Sequence record: SRR33789315_114
Length of the DNA stretch: 40,833 bases
Reading direction: 5' to 3' (one strand)
Of this stretch, positions 1 to 9,354 are shown one piece after another. The notes beneath the pieces were generated by a model. The model was not told the origin of the DNA. It did no database searches and was given only the letters and a program-made list of their open reading frames with translations. Position 1 is the stretch's first letter; each line of letters opens with the position of its first letter. The position numbers and the translations under genes were made by a program.

Positions 1-1748
1 TCTAACTTAGGTTGAATAGTAACTATATCTCTACTTTCAAAAGCAGCTTTCAAGTCAGTCAAAGCAGTTTCGATCTTGCTCTTGCTATCTGCAGAAAGCT
101 TATCTCCTGATTCTTTCAGTAACTTTTCAGTTTGAAAGATCATTGCATCTGCCTCGTTGATTTTTTCAGCAACTTCTTTTGCTTTAGCATCTGCCTCTGC
201 ATTTTCTTCAGCTTCAATTTTCATCTTTTGGATTTCTTCTTCTGTAAGACCTGAAGAAGCTTCGATACGTATATCTTGCGTCTTATTAGTAGCCTTATCT
301 GTTGCAGAAACCTTGATGATACCGTTAGCATCAATATCAAAAGTTACTTCAATTTGTGGAATACCACGTTGTGCTGGTGGAAGACCATCTAGGTGAAAAC
401 GACCTATGGTTTTGTTACCACTTGCGATTGGGCGCTCTCCTTGCAATACGTGAATCTCAACACTAGGTTGATTATCTGCTGCCGTAGAGAAGGTTTGTGA
501 CTTTTTAGTAGGGATGGTTGTGTTAGCTTCAATCAATTTTGTCATTACACCACCCATTGTCTCAATACCTAATGATAACGGAGTAACATCAAGTAACAAT
601 ACGTCTTTTACATCACCAGTAAGAACACCACCTTGAATTGCAGCACCTACGGCTACAACTTCATCAGGATTAACACCTTTAGAAGGTTTCTTTCCAAAGA
701 ATTTTTCAACCGCTTCCTGTACAGCAGGAATACGAGTAGAACCACCTACAAGAATTACTTCGTCTATATCAGTTTTGCTCAATCCTGCATTTTTAAGTGC
801 AGTCTCACAAGGCTCAATAGTTCTCTTGATTAAATCATCGATCAATTGCTCAAACTTAGCTCTTGATAAAGGACGTACAAGGTGTTTTGGTCCACTAGCA
901 GTTGCTGTAATATAGGGTAAGTTGATTTCTGTTTGTGTAGCAGAAGACAACTCGATTTTTGCTTTTTCTGCAGCTTCTTTAAGACGTTGTAAAGCCATTG
1001 GGTCTTTACGAAGATCCATATTTTCTTCAGCTTGAAACTCAGCAGCTAACCAGTCAATGATTTTTGCATCAACATCATCACCCCCTAAGTGCGTATCACC
1101 ATCTGTAGACAATACTTCAAAAACGCCATCTCCTAATTCTAGGATAGAAACATCATGTGTACCTCCACCAAAGTCAAATACAACAATCTTTTGATCTGAG
1201 TGTTTTTTATCAAGACCATAAGCAAGTGCTGCTGCTGTAGGCTCATTAATTATACGTTCTACTTTAAGACCAGCAATCTCACCCGCCTCTTTAGTAGCTT
1301 GACGCTGAGAATCATTAAAGTAAGCAGGAACAGTAATCACCGCACGGGTTACATCCTGACCTAAATAATCTTCAGCTGTTTTTTTCATTTTCTGTAATAT
1401 ACGTGCAGAAAGTTCTTGAGGCGTATATAAACGACCATCAATCTCAACACGAGGAGTATCATTATCTCCTTTTACTACTTTATAAGCTGCACGTTCTGCC
1501 TCTTTTAAAGATTCAGAATATTTATTTCCCATAAATCGCTTTATGGAAGAAATCGTTTTGGTTGGGTTTGTAACCGCTTGACGTTTAGCAGGGTCACCTA
1601 CTTTAGTTTCGCCACCTTCCACAAATGCAATTACAGAAGGCGTTGTACGCTTTCCTTCTGCGTTAGGTATTACAACCGGGTCGTTACCTTCCATAACAGC
1701 CACACAGGAGTTAGTCGTACCCAAGTCAATTCCTATTATCTTACTCAT
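1..1748 (-). CDS. dnaK: Hsp70 molecular chaperone DnaK (5' portion; 3' end runs off the window)
   Basis: Minus strand from ATG at 1748 reads [21 protein letters not shown]...EGKRTTPS, then [48 protein letters not shown] and LVGGSTRIP. It is missing from the ORF track because the frame is open at the window edge. Confidence 0.98.
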   Translation of the reverse strand, partial: MSKIIGIDLGTTNSCVAVMEGNDPVVIPNAEGKRTTPSVIAFVEGGETKVGDPAKRQAVTNPTKTISSIKRFMGNKYSESLKEAERAAYKVVKGDNDTPRVEIDGRLYTPQELSARILQKMKKTAEDYLGQDVTRAVITVPAYFNDSQRQATKEAGEIAGLKVERIINEPTAAALAYGLDKKHSDQKIVVFDFGGGTHDVSILELGDGVFEVLSTDGDTHLGGDDVDAKIIDWLAAEFQAEENMDLRKDPMALQRLKEAAEKAKIELSSATQTEINLPYITATASGPKHLVRPLSRAKFEQLIDDLIKRTIEPCETALKNAGLSKTDIDEVILVGGSTRIPAVQEAVEKFFGKKPSKGVNPDEVVAVGAAIQGGVLTGDVKDVLLLDVTPLSLGIETMGGVMTKLIEANTTIPTKKSQTFSTAADNQPSVEIHVLQGERPIASGNKTIGRFHLDGLPPAQRGIPQIEVTFDIDANGIIKVSATDKATNKTQDIRIEASSGLTEEEIQKMKIEAEENAEADAKAKEVAEKINEADAMIFQTEKLLKESGDKLSADSKSKIETALTDLKAAFESRDIVTIQPKL

Positions 1749-1791
1749 CTATATAATTTTTAAGTGTTATACTTTTTTACATAAACAATTT

Positions 1792-1807
1792 GACAATCAT
1801 TGTGCCA
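1792..1807 (-). promoter_or_regulatory. Putative sigma54-type (-24/-12) promoter of dnaK
   Basis: Minus strand reads TGGCAC-AATGA-TTGTC, matching TGGCAC-N5-TTGC with one mismatch, 43 nt upstream of the dnaK ATG. Confidence 0.45.
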
Positions 1808-1819
1808 GCTAATTAATTC

Positions 1820-1835
1820 TGACAGGATGACAGGA
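1820..1835. repeat. Tandem 8-bp direct repeat TGACAGGA x2 upstream of the dnaK promoter; candidate regulator site
   Basis: TGACAGGATGACAGGA seen directly, 12 nt upstream of the TGGCAC box. Confidence 0.4.
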
Positions 1836-1858
1836 TAGACACGTCATATTTCGTTTTT

Positions 1859-1951
1859 GGGCGCTACCCTCACGCATTCGGGTCGGGCTTTTGCTGCAAT
1901 TCCGACTCCCACTGCGTGGTTTTCGGGATTTTCACGACAATCCCTAGCGCA
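1859..1951 (+). ncRNA. GC-rich structured intergenic element resembling the Flavo-1 RNA motif / Flavobacteriaceae palindromic repeat
   Basis: Nested pairings: GCGCTA(1861-66)/TAGCGC(1945-50), ACCC/GGGT, GGG/CCC, AATTCCGA(1898-1905)/TCGGGATT(1923-30) and CCAC/GTGG. The GGGCG.TACC...GGTCGGGCTTT...CAATCCCTA.CGC layout is recalled from flavobacterial repeats. Confidence 0.5.
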
Positions 1952-1994
1952 GCGCTGTTACAAAAACAAACTTTTCAATAATGATTAATTGAAA

Positions 1995-3038
1995 TTATAA
2001 AGTAGCCATATCTATTACAAAGCGGTATTTTACATCACTTTTTAACATCCTTTCGTAAGCATCATTTATATAATCCATAGGGATTATTTCTACATCAGAA
2101 GTGATGTTGTGTGCTGCACAATAATCCAGCATTTCCTGAGTCTCGGGTATTCCCCCAATACCAGAGCCCACAATACTTCTGCGGTTACCCAATAAACCAA
2201 AGCCAAAAATCTCGATCGGAGTTGGAGGAGCGCCTACACAGATCATCACCCCATTAGTATCCAGCATCTTTAGGTACATATTATAATCGTGGGGTGCAGA
2301 TACCGTATTCACTATAAAATCAAAGCTATTACTGACTTTTGCTACTTGTTCTGCATCTGTAGTAAGTACAAAATGACTGGCGCCCAATTTTTTCGCATCT
2401 GCCTCTTTTTCGGCAGAACGGCTCAACATCGTAACTTCAGCACCAAACGAAGCGGCAAACTTTACTGCCATATGACCCAGTCCGCCCAATCCTAAAACCG
2501 CTACACGGTGTCCTTTTCCCACCTTCCAGTGTCTTAACGGGGAATAAGTGGTGATCCCTGCACATAATAATGGTGCTACACCTGCCAAAGGAAGCGTGTC
2601 AGACACCTTTAAAACATACTTTTCATCTACGACAATTTGGTCAGAATACCCTCCATAGGTTACGCCACCCGAAATGGTGTCTTTCGAATTATAGGAATAT
2701 ATAGGTCCAACACGACAGTATTGTTCTAATCCTTTACTGCAATTGTCACATTCGCGGCAGGAGTCTACCAAACAGCCTACGGCTGCAAGATCTCCTATTG
2801 CAAATTTAGATACATGTGTACCAATTTCTGTTACGCGTCCTACAATTTCATGTCCGGGTACCACTGGGTAAACGGTGTTTCCCCATTCGTTTCGGGCTTG
2901 ATGAATGTCGCTGTGACATACGCCACAATACAAAATTTCAAAACGTACATCGTGCGGGCCCACTTCCCTCCTTTTAAAATCAAATGCACCTAATACCTCT
3001 GTGGCACTGGGTGCTGCATAACCTTTTGTTGCAATCAT
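1995..3038 (-). CDS. Zn-dependent NAD(P)-dependent alcohol dehydrogenase / aldehyde reductase (cinnamyl-alcohol dehydrogenase, YahK/AdhA-like)
   Basis: CGVCHSD, GHEIVG, structural Zn cluster CRECDNC...C, APLLCAGITTYSPL, GLGGLGHM and C-terminal DVKYRFVID. Confidence 0.93.
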   Translation of the reverse strand: MIATKGYAAPSATEVLGAFDFKRREVGPHDVRFEILYCGVCHSDIHQARNEWGNTVYPVVPGHEIVGRVTEIGTHVSKFAIGDLAAVGCLVDSCRECDNCSKGLEQYCRVGPIYSYNSKDTISGGVTYGGYSDQIVVDEKYVLKVSDTLPLAGVAPLLCAGITTYSPLRHWKVGKGHRVAVLGLGGLGHMAVKFAASFGAEVTMLSRSAEKEADAKKLGASHFVLTTDAEQVAKVSNSFDFIVNTVSAPHDYNMYLKMLDTNGVMICVGAPPTPIEIFGFGLLGNRRSIVGSGIGGIPETQEMLDYCAAHNITSDVEIIPMDYINDAYERMLKSDVKYRFVIDMATL

Positions 3039-3076
3039 AGCTGCTATTTTTTATTTTATTCTAGTTTAGAATTAAA

Positions 3077-3493
3077 TTATACCAGTTCTTTTACCAGCAA
3101 ATCTACCTTTACATTACCTCTTGTAGCGTTAGAATACGGGCACATTTGGTGGGCATAATTAATTACCTCTTCTGCTTTTTCCATATCCAGACCTGCAAAA
3201 CTTACTTCAATTGTAATATCAAAACCGTATTGGTGCTTATCAAGTTCGCCAAGGGTAACCTGAACCGTAGTCTCATGGGTAACTCCTTTTATTTTTTTGA
3301 GTTGTAAAGTACCTATAATGGCGTTGTCAAAACAAGCCGCATAGCCTCCTGCAAACATAATTTCGGGATTGAGGTAATTGCCCGGAGTTCCCGGTCCACG
3401 TACATCAACATCTAATTCTCCTTTTTCAGATTTTACATGCCCGCTTCTTCCTCCCGTAGCGGTAACTCGGGTCGTATAAATTTCTTTTAGCAT
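3077..3493 (-). CDS. ohr: Organic hydroperoxide resistance protein (Ohr/OsmC family)
   Basis: ATGGRSG, NPEIMFAGGYAACF and AHQMCPYSNATRGNV, with both catalytic cysteines present. Confidence 0.92.
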   Translation of the reverse strand: MLKEIYTTRVTATGGRSGHVKSEKGELDVDVRGPGTPGNYLNPEIMFAGGYAACFDNAIIGTLQLKKIKGVTHETTVQVTLGELDKHQYGFDITIEVSFAGLDMEKAEEVINYAHQMCPYSNATRGNVKVDLLVKELV

Positions 3494-3519
3494 TTTTATA
3501 AATTTAATTAGGGTTTATT

Positions 3520-3945
3520 TTAACTCAACTCTTTCAATAAATAATCTAATTGATCTTTGATCTCATCGATTTTTTCAATGGGTATTGGAATCTTTTTTAT
3601 CAAATTTTCAGGTACAATGGTCGTTTCTTGCTGAATGTTTTTGCCTTCAGCCGTAAGTTCTATTTTCACACTTCGTTGATCTTTGCTATCTCTTTTTCGA
3701 GTAACCCAACCCTTATCCTCCATTCTTTTAAGCAACGGTGTTAGGGTGCCACTATCCAGCGATAATCTTTGTCCTAATTCTTTCACACTCCATATGGGAG
3801 CTTCCCAAAACAGCAGGAATACCAAATATTGTAAATAGGTAATTCCTAATTTTTCAAAATCGGGTTGGTAACAACCGGTAATCTTTCTGGATAACACATA
3901 GAGTTTAAAACACAACTGCTCGTTTAATGAAGGTTTTTTTGCCAT
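3520..3945 (-). CDS. ohrR: MarR-family peroxide-sensing repressor OhrR
   Basis: QLCFKLY sensor Cys, ITYLQYLV, LDSGTLTPLLKRME and RKRDSKDQRSV wing; directly upstream of ohr. Confidence 0.88.
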   Translation of the reverse strand: MAKKPSLNEQLCFKLYVLSRKITGCYQPDFEKLGITYLQYLVFLLFWEAPIWSVKELGQRLSLDSGTLTPLLKRMEDKGWVTRKRDSKDQRSVKIELTAEGKNIQQETTIVPENLIKKIPIPIEKIDEIKDQLDYLLKELS

Positions 3946-3964
3946 TTTACTTTTTTTCGAAGCA

Positions 3965-4010
3965 CAAATATAATTATTTATATTGTGCGCAATTTAATTG
4001 TACACAATAT
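3965..4010 (-). promoter_or_regulatory. ohrR-ohr-adh promoter: -7 box plus OhrR operator palindrome
   Basis: TATATTTG (Bacteroidota TAnnTTTG) at 3965-3972 on the minus strand. Inverted repeat ATATTGTGCGCAATT-T-AATTGTACACAATAT at 3980-4010 contains the CAATT-N-AATTG OhrR core. Confidence 0.75.
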
Positions 4011-4058
4011 TTTTAGTTAAACTTCTCTTATTAAAACTTACTTGCTGGTTATACCAGA

Positions 4059-5348
4059 TTAATGAGGACGGTTTTTCTTTTCTGCAGGCACTTGTAAAAG
4101 TTCTTTCCATTGGGTAGTATATCGCGGACTACGTTCTTCCTTAATCAATTCCCACTGTGATTTTCGAGTACCTGCTAGTCCGCTAAATACGGTAGCTTTT
4201 CCATATTTAGCATTTAATTTATCAAAAACCCGAATCAGTTTTTCTGAATTGATTTTAGGAGGTTCATAAAATAAATTTCCCTGTACATATTCCTGCGGTA
4301 TGATTCCGCTTAAACACACGCCTACTTTTTTATAGCGATATCCTGGTTTATAAATAGCATGCAATGCCTTTTTGCCTTCTTGTATGATAAGAAACGTGTT
4401 GTTTGTAGGGATAGGCAACGTGACGGTAACACTTTTTGAATACTGTTTGTCATAATTGCTGTGATAATTAGTATGCACAAATACCTGAAGAAAGGTAGCG
4501 CAGGATTGCTGATTGCGCAATATTTCTGTCACCTCGCTAATGTAGTACGCACACGCCTCCTCGATCAAGGTGAGGTCTTTTAGTTTTTTACCAAAAGATT
4601 TTGCCGTGCCTATTCCTTTTTTCGGTTTGGGAATATCTTGTAATTGCATACAAGATTCTCCTTGTAGTTCGCGCCAGATACGTTCGCCCACCACAGTCAT
4701 TTCTTTTCGCACCCATGCTAAAGGCAATTGTGTAAAATCATAAGCCGTATTTATCCCTATATTTTCTAATCTTTTTGCGTGTTGCCTCCCTATACCCCAT
4801 ATCCCCTTGGTTTGAATGGTCTTTAAAACTTCAAGACGGGTGGTTTCTGTATCTATAACAAAAACATGAGCATTCCCTTTTTGTTTTTTGGCGATACGGT
4901 TGGCCATCTTTGCCAGTACTTTTGTAGGAGCAATTCCTACACCTACTGGCAAACCCGTATACCTAAGAATGGTATCCCGTATTTGCTGTCCATAGCTTTG
5001 CAAGTCTATATGGTTCATCCCGGAGAGGTCAACAAAAGCTTCATCAATACTGTATATCTCCACTAAAGGTGAAAAGGTGCTCAGAATATTCATTACCCGT
5101 TGCGACATTTCTCCGTACAGGGTATAATTGGAAGAAAAAAAGGTAACATTATGCCGGATAAGACTCTCCTTGATTTTAAATACGGGTTCAAACATGGGAA
5201 TTTCCGTAAGCGCTTTGGCTTCTTTATTGGCAGCGATAATACACCCGTCATTATTGCTCAGCACTACAACGGGTTTCCCGTTGAGATCAGGCCTAAAAAC
5301 TTGTTCGCAGGAAGCATAAAAGCTATTACAATCTACAAGAGCAATCAT
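4059..5348 (-). CDS. umuC: Y-family DNA polymerase V catalytic subunit UmuC-like
   Basis: Likely start [22 protein letters not shown] at 5348, overlapping the umuD stop. Motifs [35 protein letters not shown] and C-terminal SPRYTTQW. Confidence 0.93.
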   Translation of the reverse strand: MIALVDCNSFYASCEQVFRPDLNGKPVVVLSNNDGCIIAANKEAKALTEIPMFEPVFKIKESLIRHNVTFFSSNYTLYGEMSQRVMNILSTFSPLVEIYSIDEAFVDLSGMNHIDLQSYGQQIRDTILRYTGLPVGVGIAPTKVLAKMANRIAKKQKGNAHVFVIDTETTRLEVLKTIQTKGIWGIGRQHAKRLENIGINTAYDFTQLPLAWVRKEMTVVGERIWRELQGESCMQLQDIPKPKKGIGTAKSFGKKLKDLTLIEEACAYYISEVTEILRNQQSCATFLQVFVHTNYHSNYDKQYSKSVTVTLPIPTNNTFLIIQEGKKALHAIYKPGYRYKKVGVCLSGIIPQEYVQGNLFYEPPKINSEKLIRVFDKLNAKYGKATVFSGLAGTRKSQWELIKEERSPRYTTQWKELLQVPAEKKNRPH

Positions 5349-5710
5349 CGGGCAGCATGAATAATATAAGTAATCACACCCCACAAGATGTATTCTTCCT
5401 GTTGCCCAAAAACAATGCGCAATACCTTAAATTCTCCTTCTACAACAACTAGTGCGAGGTCATTTACACTAACCTTTAAAGATCTGTCAATGATCAATAC
5501 ATCCCGATCAAAAATAGAAAAGTCATTCCAAGTTTCACCGTTTATCCGTACATAAAAGGTGGCATCTGTATTAGGCGTAAGTTCTTGGTTTAAGTCTATA
5601 GAATGCTCCAAATAATGGGTGGCCGCACTCGGAAATCCCGTCTGTTTTGAGACACGAGCATTATGACGATCATCAGGGCGTTGTATTTTTCCAGAGATAA
5701 GAATTTCCAT
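5345..5710 (-). CDS. umuD: UmuD-like S24-family protein with degenerate catalytic residues
   Basis: [33 protein letters not shown] and WGVITYIIH; coupled to umuC. Confidence 0.8.
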   Translation of the reverse strand: MEILISGKIQRPDDRHNARVSKQTGFPSAATHYLEHSIDLNQELTPNTDATFYVRINGETWNDFSIFDRDVLIIDRSLKVSVNDLALVVVEGEFKVLRIVFGQQEEYILWGVITYIIHAAR

Positions 5711-5723
5711 AGTGTAAAAATAT

Positions 5724-5760
5724 GGATATATTCCTTATTAATGGATTAAATCCATTAATA
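5724..5760. promoter_or_regulatory. Two GGA-N5-TCC SOS-like operators upstream of umuDC
   Basis: GGA-TATAT-TCC (5724-5734) and GGA-TTAAA-TCC (5743-5753). The second lies within the palindrome TATTAATGGA-N5-TCCATTAATA (5736-5760). Confidence 0.7.
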
Positions 5761-5884
5761 ATTTAGTGCCAATAAATAGAATTTAAGTTTTCTAAATCTT
5801 AAAGAAAGCTTTTCTCCCCATTGCAAATGTTGCATAAATGAACTAAATTAATCACTTAATATGACTAATTAACCCTATACTTCC

Positions 5885-7387
5885 GTGAAACCATATCATT
5901 TTGTTTTAATCTTATGCTCTCTTATGCTCTCTCAAAGTAATCTATATGCGCAACATCTTGGTGTTTTTGACAATCATACAGATATAGGTCCAGTTGCTAA
6001 TAAAGGTTTTGCTAATTACAATGCTGAAGATCAAACCTACACCATTGGAGGTTCTGGCTTTAATATGTGGTTTGACGAAGATCAATTGCATTACCTCTGG
6101 ACTACTCTTCAAGGTGATTTTATTTTACGGGCAGAAGTGCAATTTTTAGGCTCTGGTGTAGATCCTCATCGCAAAGTAGGGTGGACGGTAAGAAATAATT
6201 TAGATACGAATGCGCCACAGGTCAATGCGACCAAACACGGTGATGGACTCACATCATTACAATATCGTAAAACTACAGGAGCAGATACGGAACAAATTAC
6301 TTCAGTAGATTCTCTACCTGATGTGATACAGCTAGAACGAAGAGGCAATACTTTTATCATGGCTACTGCTAAATATGGCGAAGAGTTTACCGAAGTTATC
6401 TTAGACGATATGCCGCTAGATAACGAAGTGTATGTTGGGATTTATGTATGTTCTCATAATCCAGAAGTAATGGAAACAGCTATTTATCGCAATGTGCGTA
6501 TTATAAAACCAGCTGATAAAAATTTTCAACCATATCGGGATTATATAGGTAGCAATCTTGAACTGATGGATATAGAAACGGGACATCGTAAAATCATCTA
6601 CCAGTCTGCACATTCTATTCAAGCGCCTAATTGGACACCTGACGGAAAGAAATTGATTTACAATTCTAAAGGACACTTATATAATTATGAACTTTCTTCA
6701 AATACCATAACCCCTATAAATACGGGTTTTGCAGTAAACAATAACAATGATCACGTATTGACTTTTGACGGAAGTCTAATGGGAATAAGCCATCACAATC
6801 CTGATGACAATGGTAATTCTAGCATCTACTACTTCCCTACCGCTGGCGACTCTATACCTAAAAAAGTGACTAAAGATGGTGTAGGAAATTCTTATTTACA
6901 TGGCTGGACACCTGATAATAAAACGATGATTTTTACTGGAGATCGTAATGGGCAGTTTGATATTTATAGTGTTGATGTAGCTACCGGTAAAGAAAAACAA
7001 CTTACCCATAAAAAAACCTTGGATGATGGGTCAGAATTCAGCCCAGACGGTAAGCATATATTTTTCAACTCAACGCGTACGGGGAAAATGAAATTGTGGA
7101 AAATGGATCCGGATGGAAAAAACCAAACGCAGTTAACTTTTGATGACTATAATGATTGGTTTCCGCACGTAAGCCCAGATATGAAATGGATCGTGTTTAT
7201 TTCTTTTCCAAAAGATATTGATCCCAACGACCATCCTTTTTATAAACATTGCCTCTTGCGTATTATGCCCTATGAAGGTGGGGAAGCACGAGCATTAGGG
7301 TACATTTATGGGGGTCAAGGAAGTATTAACGTGCCGAGCTGGTCACCAGATAGCAAGAAAATTGCATTTGTCACTAACACCCAGTAA
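5885..7387 (+). CDS. Exported TolB-like protein (N-terminal beta-sandwich plus PD40/WD40-like propeller)
   Basis: Signal peptide; repeats APNWTPDGK, HGWTPDNK, SEFSPDGK, FPHVSPDMK and PSWSPDSKKIAF. Confidence 0.8.
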   Translation: MKPYHFVLILCSLMLSQSNLYAQHLGVFDNHTDIGPVANKGFANYNAEDQTYTIGGSGFNMWFDEDQLHYLWTTLQGDFILRAEVQFLGSGVDPHRKVGWTVRNNLDTNAPQVNATKHGDGLTSLQYRKTTGADTEQITSVDSLPDVIQLERRGNTFIMATAKYGEEFTEVILDDMPLDNEVYVGIYVCSHNPEVMETAIYRNVRIIKPADKNFQPYRDYIGSNLELMDIETGHRKIIYQSAHSIQAPNWTPDGKKLIYNSKGHLYNYELSSNTITPINTGFAVNNNNDHVLTFDGSLMGISHHNPDDNGNSSIYYFPTAGDSIPKKVTKDGVGNSYLHGWTPDNKTMIFTGDRNGQFDIYSVDVATGKEKQLTHKKTLDDGSEFSPDGKHIFFNSTRTGKMKLWKMDPDGKNQTQLTFDDYNDWFPHVSPDMKWIVFISFPKDIDPNDHPFYKHCLLRIMPYEGGEARALGYIYGGQGSINVPSWSPDSKKIAFVTNTQ

Positions 7388-7431
7388 ATAAAAAAGGAGA
7401 AAAGAGCCTGCTATTAAAGTTGACTATTTTC

Positions 7432-7668
7432 TTACTTTTTAGGTGGCATAGGACCTCTTAAATGAATAATTAATCCATTAAGAAAATTACGTAAAAATTG
7501 ATCCCCACATTCTACATATTTAGGGTGATTCTCATTTCTAAAAATAGCTCCTATTTCACTTTTTGAAACAGCAAAATCTACCAATGCGCAAATAGTGACG
7601 ATATCGTCATCACGCAATTTATGAGCTACTCTAAGTTTTTTGAAGATATCGTTATTGCTTAATGCCAT
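7432..7668 (-). CDS. DUF1456 (YehS-like) family protein
   Basis: NNDIFKKLRVA...ECGDQFLRNFLNGLI..RG; a TATCTTTG -7 box lies 4 nt upstream of the ATG. Confidence 0.8.
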   Translation of the reverse strand: MALSNNDIFKKLRVAHKLRDDDIVTICALVDFAVSKSEIGAIFRNENHPKYVECGDQFLRNFLNGLIIHLRGPMPPKK

Positions 7669-7815
7669 ACCGCAAAGATAGTATTATATAGGGTTTATTG
7701 TTTTGGCATCTTTCTGAAACATTTATTTCTTTTAAAAAAACATTCCTTCATAATGCCTTTCAGCCTGCTATATTACATACCCGAAAAGGTTTTAGCTTGG
7801 CTTAACCTAAATTAG

Positions 7816-7823
7816 TACTTTTG
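7816..7823 (+). promoter_or_regulatory. Bacteroidota -7 promoter box of panB
   Basis: TACTTTTG (TAnnTTTG) 20 nt upstream of the panB ATG. Confidence 0.55.
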
Positions 7824-7843
7824 CCTGCAATTAATTTATCGAT

Positions 7844-8665
7844 ATGTCGGTCGCAAAGAAAAAAGAATACAAACGGGTTACGGTCAAATCCCTAATAGAA
7901 ATGAAAAAAACCGGGGAAAAAATCGCTATGCTTACCGCATACGATTATACAATGGCCAAAATTGTAGATGGCGCTGGAATAGACGTCATTCTAGTAGGTG
8001 ATTCTGCCTCAAATGTAATGGCTGGCCACGAGACCACACTCCCTATTACTTTAGATCAAATGATCTATCACGCCACTTCTGTAGTGCGTGCTATCGACAG
8101 AGCTCTAGTTGTGGTTGATATACCTTTTGGAAGCTATCAAGCAGATTCTAAAGAAGCTTTACGCTCAGCCATTCGCATTATGAAAGAAAGTGGTGGCCAC
8201 GCAGTAAAAGTAGAAGGCGGTGAAGAGGTTCAAGAATCTATAAAACGTATTCTACAAGCAGGAATTCCAGTAATGGGCCACTTAGGACTTACACCACAAT
8301 CTATATACAAATTCGGAACCTATACCGTACGCGCCAAAGAAGAAGAAGAAGCAGATAAGCTCAAAGAAGATGCGCTAATGCTTCAAGAAATAGGCTGTTT
8401 TGCTGTGGTATTAGAAAAAATACCTGCAAAATTGGCGCAAGAAGTTGCAGAAAGCCTATCTATTCCAGTAATAGGAATTGGTGCTGGTAATGGTGTAGAT
8501 GGACAAGTACTCGTGATACACGATATGTTGGGAATGACACACGAATTTAATCCGCGTTTTTTACGACGCTATCTTGACTTGCACACGCAAATGAGCGGCG
8601 CATTTCAAAATTATATCGAAGATGTAAAGAGCAAGGATTTCCCTAATGAGGAAGAACAATATTAG
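7844..8665 (+). CDS. panB: 3-methyl-2-oxobutanoate hydroxymethyltransferase
   Basis: [41 protein letters not shown] and IGIGAG..DGQVLV. Confidence 0.97.
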   Translation: MSVAKKKEYKRVTVKSLIEMKKTGEKIAMLTAYDYTMAKIVDGAGIDVILVGDSASNVMAGHETTLPITLDQMIYHATSVVRAIDRALVVVDIPFGSYQADSKEALRSAIRIMKESGGHAVKVEGGEEVQESIKRILQAGIPVMGHLGLTPQSIYKFGTYTVRAKEEEEADKLKEDALMLQEIGCFAVVLEKIPAKLAQEVAESLSIPVIGIGAGNGVDGQVLVIHDMLGMTHEFNPRFLRRYLDLHTQMSGAFQNYIEDVKSKDFPNEEEQY

Positions 8666-9354
8666 TGCATAGTACAAAAGACAATCTTCAGGTAATTTAT
8701 GAAGACAATCATCTCATAGCGGTTAATAAACGGCCTGGAGATATTGTTCAAGGTGATAAAACAGGTGACCTTCCTTTAAGTGAGGTTATCAAACTATATA
8801 TTGCCGAAAAATATAACAAACCAGGAGCCGTTTTTCTTGGCGTTACCCATCGTTTAGATCGTCCTACTAGTGGTGTTGTGGTTTTTGCCCGTACCTCAAA
8901 AGCACTCGCTAGGATGAATAAACTTTTTGCCGAAAAAGAAACACAAAAGACCTATTGGGCGATCGTTAAAAACCCCTTACCCAAGGATCAAGATACCTTG
9001 ATTCATTATTTAAAACGAAATTCTAAACAAAATAAATCTTACGCAAACGACAAGCTGGTGCCAGATAGTAAAAAGGCTATTCTGGATTATAAAGTGATTC
9101 AGAAATTTGATAATTATTACCTTACAGAAATCAACTTACACACGGGAAGACACCACCAGATACGCGCACAACTGGCAAAAGTAGGCTGCCCTATTAAAGG
9201 TGATTTAAAATATGGTTTTGACCGAAGCAATCCAGATGGCAGTATCCACTTACATGCCCGAAAATTAAGTTTTACACATCCTGTAAAAAACGAACTTATT
9301 ACGCTCATTGCTCCTCCTCCATCAGAAGATGCAATCTGGAAAGCGTGTAACTAG
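8665..9354 (+). CDS. RluA-family RNA pseudouridine synthase
   Basis: YEDNHLIAVNKRPG, HRLDRPTSG (catalytic Asp), TGRHHQIRAQL, PIKGDLKYG and LHARKLSF.HP. Confidence 0.93.
   Translation: MHSTKDNLQVIYEDNHLIAVNKRPGDIVQGDKTGDLPLSEVIKLYIAEKYNKPGAVFLGVTHRLDRPTSGVVVFARTSKALARMNKLFAEKETQKTYWAIVKNPLPKDQDTLIHYLKRNSKQNKSYANDKLVPDSKKAILDYKVIQKFDNYYLTEINLHTGRHHQIRAQLAKVGCPIKGDLKYGFDRSNPDGSIHLHARKLSFTHPVKNELITLIAPPPSEDAIWKACN

Noticed and set aside
157-1763. Three short plus-strand ORFs (157-396, 633-833, 1578-1763)
   Set aside because: Antisense shadows of dnaK with no recognisable motifs.
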